Source: Desulfotalea psychrophila LSv54 (GTDB lineage: Bacteria; Desulfobacterota; Desulfobulbia; Desulfobulbales; Desulfocapsaceae). From it: a stretch of 32,000 bases of DNA. This document shows, piece after piece, positions 28,731 through 32,000 of the stretch. How positions within the stretch are numbered: position 1 is the first letter of the stretch; each line of letters starts with the position of its first letter. The notes under the pieces were generated by a model that was not told the origin of the DNA, made no database searches, and was given only the letters and a program-made list of their open reading frames with translations. Position numbers and translations under genes: made by a program. The stretch covers positions 1,020,001 through 1,052,000 of the forward strand of contig NC_006138.1 of assembly GCF_000025945.1 (NCBI RefSeq). The letters run 5' to 3'.

Positions 28731-28768
28731 AAAAGCCCCTTGAAATTAATTTTTCAAGGGGCTTTTTT
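28731..28768. terminator. Terminator of csp copy 2, probably bidirectional with rhlE
   Basis: AAAAGCCCCTTGAAA-TTAATT-TTTCAAGGGGCTTTT then TTT; lies between convergent csp and rhlE. Confidence 0.9.
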
Positions 28769-28795
28769 TATGTTCTTGCTACTGTGTCGCACATT

Positions 28796-30067
28796 CTATT
28801 TGTCGCCACTTGGCTTCTTGGGTCCACGTGAATTAGGTCTGGAACCTTGTCGGCGCGTCCGTCCCTCGGTGTTCTTTTTGGGACTTTTAGCCCGAAATGG
28901 ACGTGTATTCAGACAAGATTCAGGCAGGGGATGAACCGGCTCAAAACCCTCCACGGACTTGCGTGGAAGTATTTTTTTGATCAGTCTTTCAATATCGGCA
29001 AGTAGTGCAAACTCATCGGCGCAGACCAAAGAGATTGCCTCCCCTGAGGCACCTGCTCGGCCTGTACGTCCAATTCGGTGTATATAATCTTCCTGTACAT
29101 GGGGAAGGTCAAAATTGACCACATGGGGGAGCAGGTCAATGTCCAGACCCCTGGCCGCAATATCCGTCGCCACTAAAATTTGCACAGTACCGTTTTTAAA
29201 TTCGGCCAGGGCCTTGGTGCGTGCGCTTTGGCTTTTGTTGCCATGAATTGCCGCCGCATTGATGCCCTTTTTCTGTAACTGACCTACCAGGCGGTTTGCT
29301 CCATGTTTTGTCTTGCTGAAGACCAGAGTCTGGCCCCATTTATTGTCGCGGATGAGTTGGATGAGCAGGGCTGGTTTCTGTTTCTTGTCCACCGGGTAGA
29401 TGCACTGATCAATTATTTCTACGGTGCTATTGGGTGGCGTTACTGAAATCTCGACGGGATTGTTAAACATTCCCCGAGCGAGGTTATTGATGCTAGAGGA
29501 AAAGGTCGCAGAAAACATCAGGTTCTGACGTTCCTTGGGTAAGAAGGCTAAAACTTTTCTAATATCGTTGATAAAGCCCATATCTAACATTCGATCGGCC
29601 TCATCTAAGACTAATATTTCCAACCTGTTAAACTTTATCGCATTTTGGCGATGGAGATCGAGTAGACGACCGGGTGTTGCCACCAGAATATCAACTCCCC
29701 CGCGCAACCTCTTCATCTGGGGATTTATATTCACCCCACCAAAGATTACGGCGGAGGTCAGGGATAGACCCTTGCCGTAGGTGGTGACGCTCTCACCAAT
29801 CTGGGCTGCCAGTTCACGGGTGGGCGTTAAGATGAGTACTCTTGCCTGATTTGCCTGGACTCGGCGCTTACTTTGGGAGAGTAGTTCCAGGATGGGCAGG
29901 GTGAATGCAGCCGTCTTGCCGGTACCAGTTTGGGCCGCAGCCATGACGTCTTTGCCTTCCATTATCACGGGGATCGCCTTGGCTTGAATGGGCGATGGTG
30001 TGTCGTAGCCCTTTTCGGCTACGGCCTTAAGAAGCGGGGCGGAGAGGCCCAGGGTGTTAAAACTCAT
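28796..30067 (-). CDS. rhlE: DEAD-box ATP-dependent RNA helicase (RhlE-like)
   Basis: [88 protein letters not shown]. Confidence 0.96.
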   Translation of the reverse strand: MSFNTLGLSAPLLKAVAEKGYDTPSPIQAKAIPVIMEGKDVMAAAQTGTGKTAAFTLPILELLSQSKRRVQANQARVLILTPTRELAAQIGESVTTYGKGLSLTSAVIFGGVNINPQMKRLRGGVDILVATPGRLLDLHRQNAIKFNRLEILVLDEADRMLDMGFINDIRKVLAFLPKERQNLMFSATFSSSINNLARGMFNNPVEISVTPPNSTVEIIDQCIYPVDKKQKPALLIQLIRDNKWGQTLVFSKTKHGANRLVGQLQKKGINAAAIHGNKSQSARTKALAEFKNGTVQILVATDIAARGLDIDLLPHVVNFDLPHVQEDYIHRIGRTGRAGASGEAISLVCADEFALLADIERLIKKILPRKSVEGFEPVHPLPESCLNTRPFRAKSPKKNTEGRTRRQGSRPNSRGPKKPSGDK

Positions 30068-30313
30068 AGTATTTTCTCTTGTTAATACGTAATATTTTAT
30101 AAACCATCCACCAGTTCTTATTTGCTCGTGGACGGGTATATGACCATTCTTCTAATCAAACTGGATCAAGGGTCAATGTGGATGCCAGGTAAGAGTTGCT
30201 TCATGTTTTGCGCCTGCCAGTATACACTATGCCTCTTCCATTTTAGCTATATTAATTTAAAGCAAAGATGGGGGAGCTTGAACGGCTAATGAACCTGTGC
30301 TCTCTAGCATTTG

Positions 30314-30979
30314 TTACATTTTTTTCTTTCTGCGATCAAACTCCTCTCTTGAGTCAATGCAGGTAGTTAAATCTTTTAAAATGCCATTTCTCAGGCTGTA
30401 AATCCAACCGTGAATGGAAAGTTCAGCACCTTTTTTCCAGGCATTTTGAACGATGGTGGTATTGCAGACATTGGTTACCTGTTCAATGACATTGAGCTCA
30501 CAGAGCAGGTTGAATTTTTTGTCGGGTTCAAGATCCTTAAGCTTGTCGGCATTGAGACGAATAACATCTTTAACATGACGAAGCCAGTTATCGATTAAGC
30601 CATGCTCAGCATCTTCCATGGAGGCCTTGATACCACCGCAACCATAATGGCCACAGACAATAATGTGTTTCACCTTTAAAACGTCAACTGCATACTGTAG
30701 TACCGAAAGGCAGTTGAGATCTGTATGGACGACAACGTTTGCAATATTGCGATGAACAAAGACATCGCCTGGTGGTAAATTTGTTATCTGGTTTGCAGGT
30801 ACTCTGCTATCTGAGCAACCAATCCACAGGTAGTCAGGAGAGTGCTCTTTTGACAGCTGGGGGAAAAAATCAGGATCCCTCTCTTTGATCTTGTTGGCCC
30901 ATTCCAGATTTCTCTCAAAGAGATGCTTTAATGTCTTCAAAACTTTATATTCTCCTCTCTCAATGCCAGTAAGGTTCAA
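30314..30979 (-). CDS. can: Beta-class carbonic anhydrase
   Basis: YLWIGCSDSRVPANQITNLPPGDVFVHRNIANVVVHTDLNCLSVLQYAVDVLKVKHIIVCGHYGCGGIKA. Confidence 0.97.
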   Translation of the reverse strand: MNLTGIERGEYKVLKTLKHLFERNLEWANKIKERDPDFFPQLSKEHSPDYLWIGCSDSRVPANQITNLPPGDVFVHRNIANVVVHTDLNCLSVLQYAVDVLKVKHIIVCGHYGCGGIKASMEDAEHGLIDNWLRHVKDVIRLNADKLKDLEPDKKFNLLCELNVIEQVTNVCNTTIVQNAWKKGAELSIHGWIYSLRNGILKDLTTCIDSREEFDRRKKKM

Positions 30980-31308
30980 TTCATCGTTGAGAATTATCCG
31001 TTGTTGGTATTCGCGACTCTATATACTCAGTTAGGCTTGATTCTGCTTGATATTTTAATGAGGTAACAGCTTATATCTCTTCTCTAACGAATCAAAATAT
31101 TACCGCATTTTTTGGCAATATTTGTAATGTGGTGGAATACGATCAGGTAGGTCTTCTTGTTTTTTCACCACTCTTTTTGTTAAATAAGGTATTTCTGATA
31201 TAGGATAGTGCAAGGGGAGGTCTTTTTTTAGCTGTGCTCTTCTCTTTTCGGGGCTAACCAGTATTGCTCATGTTCTGATAATTCCCAGGCAAAGTAGGTA
31301 AAATCTAT

Positions 31309-31518
31309 ATGGGTGCTGTTGGCGAGCTGGTCATGATTATAGAGTTTGATGATGAGTTCTCGAATAATGAAGATTATTGCTGGGGCAGTCATATTGTGCA
31401 GTCGGATGCGCTCTGCCTTGAACTAGTCGATAAAACTACGGAAGAGTTCGAGTATAAGCCAAAAAACTCGGATCCGTCACTGGATGGGAGAGAATCAGAT
31501 CAATTTGATCCCGACTGA
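31309..31518 (+). CDS. Possible small acidic hypothetical protein
   Basis: 69-aa ORF rich in D/E (MGAVGELVMIIEFDDEFSNNEDYCWGSH...KNSDPSLDGRESDQFDPD) in an otherwise gene-poor segment; weak ribosome binding site and no recognised family. Confidence 0.25.
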   Translation: MGAVGELVMIIEFDDEFSNNEDYCWGSHIVQSDALCLELVDKTTEEFEYKPKNSDPSLDGRESDQFDPD

Positions 31519-31906
31519 GGAGCATCTTTGTGCTGACTGAGTCATATGTGGGGGTAGTATTTAATTTGTATTAAGGTTGGATTGGTTTTTGCTATAGGTG
31601 CTGATTGCCAATTATCGAGGGGCGCGGAGATACATGAGACGGATGTTTCTCAGTTGATATGTATCTACTGGTATGCAGGAGATCGTAGAAGAAATTGGCC
31701 TGAGGAGTACCTTGCCAAATAGTTTGTTGGCTTCTTGAGGAGTTTTCTTTTTTAAAGAGGCTGTTGTTGTATGTGCTTGTAAATCTTGTCTCCACCCGGA
31801 CACAAGGCCTTACAGTTAGAACATCGTAAAAGGAGAGGAGTTATAACTTATCCCCTCCTTTTTTAATTACCTATTGGCTTGAAATTATGAGAAGGCAGTT
31901 TCGCCC

Positions 31907-32000
31907 TTAGAAGTTAATAGCTGTTCCGTCGTGACAGGCCTGGAAGTTGGCCTTGATCTCTGCAAATTCCGGTTTTCTTGGGTTGAAAAGGGTACAGGGA
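31907..32000 (-). CDS. C-terminus of an unidentified protein running off the window edge
   Basis: Reverse frame open to the window end: ...PCTLFNPRKPEFAEIKANFQACHDGTAINF*. Too short for family assignment. Confidence 0.45.
   Translation of the reverse strand, partial: PCTLFNPRKPEFAEIKANFQACHDGTAINF

Noticed and set aside
31592-31803. Two overlapping minus-strand ORFs (63 and 67 aa)
   Set aside because: Mutually overlapping frames with no recognisable motif or clear ribosome binding site, in a sparse region.

Overview
The window is a dense, ordinary-looking bacterial chromosome segment. Gene content suggests a cold-adapted Desulfobacterota such as Desulfotalea (taxonomy is inference only). 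Recognisable loci include an MscS tail, an APH-like kinase, a broken tgt, yajC, rnhA, mutM/fpg, a 4'-phosphopantetheinyl transferase, cvpA, thiD, an NADPH-dependent FMN reductase, an APRT-like enzyme, an APC permease, ogt, a hydantoinase/oxoprolinase, menA, a FabI-like SDR, a ferredoxin-nitroreductase and a DUF4492-cydA-cydB operon. These are followed by glnB-glnD-glnA, a SulP transporter, DUF721, tRNA-Arg(TCT), two near-identical csp cassettes flanking ywbE, rhlE and a beta-carbonic anhydrase. I found no CRISPR array, prophage, IS element or obvious defence island, and no convincing new multi-gene system. The observations most worth follow-up are: (1) a 30-aa single-TM ORF absent from the supplied track, immediately downstream of cydB with a strong ribosome binding site (candidate CydX-like subunit); (2) a tgt gene with four single-base lesions inside about 170 bp; (3) a tandem csp cassette whose CDS is far better conserved than its leader; (4) a GSI-alpha-type glnA next to glnB-glnD; (5) several non-coding regions with inverted or direct repeats.
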